A stretch of 64,000 bases of DNA. It comes from Oculina patagonica. Lineage: Eukaryota. Where the stretch lies: NCBI RefSeq assembly GCF_052425735.1, contig NC_135759.1:930001-994000 (forward strand), in the 5' to 3' direction. Positions 61,801 to 64,000 of the stretch are shown one piece after another. The position numbers were made by a program, and so were the translations under genes. A model generated the notes under the pieces. That model worked only from the letters and a program-made list of their open reading frames with translations, was not told the origin of the DNA and did not search any database. Each line of letters begins with the position of its first letter. Position 1 is the stretch's first letter.

Positions 61801-62089
61801 GTCTCCTTCAGAGTTATGAATTTATTTGTAGAACTGGCTCGTGTGAGAATGTAGCTTGATTTGATTTATTTATTGACTGATTGATTGATTTAATTCTACC
61901 ACATAATACACTTGTTCACTTATTCAGACCGCAGGTGAATGGCGTACCGTATTTTGGATAACATTTGTGTTCTATCTGATTGGTTCAATTGTATTTTTCA
62001 CACTGATGACAGCCGACAGACAGAAGTGGGACAAGGTTGAGGGCGTGTCCAGAGAACCTACAACAGACGGAATCGTAACACCGAGATAA
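53236..62089 (+). CDS. SLC17-family transporter, paralogue 2, 10 exons, 461 aa
   Basis: Exons 53236-53391, 55507-55540, 56212-56411, 57396-57483, 57840-57935, 58794-58918, 59928-60083, 60622-60751, 61150-61388, 61928-62089 (1386 nt). Exon sizes equal paralogue 1 except the last. Motifs [44 protein letters not shown]. Confidence 0.93.
54762..55232. mobile_element. Harbinger-like MITE
   Basis: TAA|GGCTGTGTTCACACTTGGTGCCTG ... CAGGCACCAAGTGTGAACATAGCC|TAA. Confidence 0.75.
55969..56195. mobile_element. Harbinger-like MITE, same family as 54762-55232, ending 16 nt before exon 3 of SLC17 paralogue 2
   Basis: TTA|GGCTGTGTTCACACTT ... AAGTGTGAACACTGCC|TTA. Confidence 0.75.
57067..57172 (-). mobile_element. 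tRNA-derived SINE-like fragment
   Basis: Minus strand has GTGGTCGAGCGCCC...GGGTTCGATTCCCGTCGGGGATTCAGATTTTCTCTTTGTCCCACGCTCGTGTCATG (A/B-box-like). Confidence 0.5.
59364..59800. mobile_element. Kolobok-like non-autonomous transposon
   Basis: TTAA|GGTCATTTCC ... GGCAATGACC|TTAA. Confidence 0.6.
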
Positions 62090-64000
62090 CATCTGTCTGC
62101 TAACAGAATTTTCTATTTTTTTTTCACATTCAAAACGGAAATAGTATAAAGGCGACAGAATTGCGCTCTAATTATCATTGTAAAAAGCATCAGTATTTTG
62201 TATTCTTTTCATTGTCGCTAAGTAAAAGATCACTGTTGGTAGAAATTGACTCTGAAAATAATTACATCTGGTTTAGAAAAGTGTCAATCAATTGAAGTAC
62301 CAATTTTTATTAGGCTTGTATTCGGAATGTAAGAGACATGTTTTGTATTTATATTTTGTATGCATCTCCTAGCATTGTAAGACTGAAATGTACGTACATA
62401 GGATACCAAAGCTTGAGAGTACTTTCAGCTTGGAAAATGTTATATCTTGCAATGGAGATCAGACTGCTTTTAGAAGCCAACAACACTAATAAAGCGTTCT
62501 TAGTATTTTGGGGATATGTACAGATAAGACTATGTATTTTATGTTTCTTACAATAAACATGAAACTCACTATTTGGGGTTGGTGTATATACTCCTTAAAA
62601 ATTCGTTAATTATATTCGTGATCTCTTTTACCTTGATTGCTTACTCCAACATTTTCCTTTTTGTTTAAAAGAAAATGATCTAGAGGTTATTTATTAAAGC
62701 TCAAGAAATATTTGTTTGTTTGTAGCCGTTAGTCCATTACAATAGAGTGAGACATTTTTTGTAAAAATATTTTAGAAAAATGCGTTAAAAAATATTTGTG
62801 CTAATTTAAAACATTGCGCTATGGAAAAACGAACAAACAAAAAAGAAACAAAACAAACAAGAACTTTCTGTGTCAGTAACACCTCTTGCAGATAATACAT
62901 TATTTGGTTGCAAAACAACTTCATGTTATTGCTAAACATACAAAAGAAACATCTCCACAGGCGAGCAGAACACGAACAAAGATATTCGACTTTCAAAAGT
63001 TATGACATTGACTAATATGGGAACGCCAAGCTCAAGGTAATCCGTAGCGAATTGAATTACATGTGTCATTTTCATATATAGTTCATTGAGTTGAAAAGCT
63101 TTTTAAACCTATTCATTCTGCCCATTTAATTATGTATGGCGGTCCAAACTTATTACAAAACGCCTTTGTCCTTATTCACATGATATTTTTTTAAGGAGGA
63201 AAAAAGATTTTTAGATTTTTCTCAAAGAGTTCATTTCTGCAATGTAAATGGAAAATATTTTGGAGTTGATTAAAACTTCCGAACAATATTTTGTTAATGT
63301 TGGAGAATACCAAAGGTGGATATAAACTTTTTCAAAGCGGCGTAATCAGAATGGTTAGGGCAGAATTTGGTTGAACATTTTCTCAACATTAAATTCCCAT
63401 CTGCAATTTGTTTGTCGGTTCGTTTGTTTTTCATTGATGGACTACCACGACAGTTGGCAGTGATCCCAGTGTTTTGTTTGGGACATGTTTATTTCTAACA
63501 TCCAATGCCTGCAGGGACATATTCCACTTTTCACATATGCCGGAAGATAAATTACGTTTGTTTACTTTTACTTCTTATGATTCGGCACTAATTGAAATTA
63601 ACTTTTGGAAAGTAAGTTTTCGTTAAAGAAAAAAAACTTCTCTTTGCTTAGTACAATTACCCATGTAGGTAAAGTATTAAGAAAAAGTGAATATCGAATA
63701 GATCGAATATGATCATAAGTAACTTTACTCGTGTTTGAATTCTCGCTTTTATTTGTAGGGATTAGGTGTTCCTTAATTACGAACTTCAGATGATCTTCTA
63801 ATAACATATCACATCTTTCTTTTCTCCCAGCATCAATTATTTACGCGACTTTGCTGAAAGGACTTTAAGAGCGACGTGTACGGTTTACTTTAAGTCAACT
63901 TACGGGAATTTAATTTGCCACCTCTTTTCTATCAATATCAAGGAAGAACCTGACTTATCTAAAAATATGGCTTTTACGCTCTCACGAAATAAGGTTCAAA

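Noticed and set aside
62090-64000. Possible further gene at the window end
   Set aside because: AT-rich 3'UTR or intergenic sequence. I found no convincing exon on either strand.

Overview
AT-rich, intron-containing animal genomic DNA. The repeat landscape suggests an anthozoan, probably a stony coral (inference). I assembled the genes by hand from GT-AG exons and checked splice phases. (1) Last four exons of a DUF924-family gene (+, 1349-3939). (2) A complete 12-exon cofactor-independent phosphoglycerate mutase (iPGM; -, 5981-14451, 515 aa). (3) Four tandem 4-exon genes for secreted PAN/apple + EGF-like + fibrinogen C-terminal (FReD) proteins (+, 18725-41241). (4) Two tandem 10-exon SLC17 sialin/VGLUT-like transporters (+, 44642-62089). 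Introns and intergenic DNA hold many MITEs. The most unusual non-genic feature is a 2.16-kb foldback element (15824-17983) with ~720-bp inverted arms and a 7-bp target-site duplication (TSD). Its spacer carries the spliced, stop-interrupted 5' end of a PIF1-type helicase gene, which the ORF track misses. Minimal hammerhead-ribozyme motifs (U3-A8 core variant) also occur inside intronic palindromes. Most short ORFs in the supplied track are spurious or partial exons.
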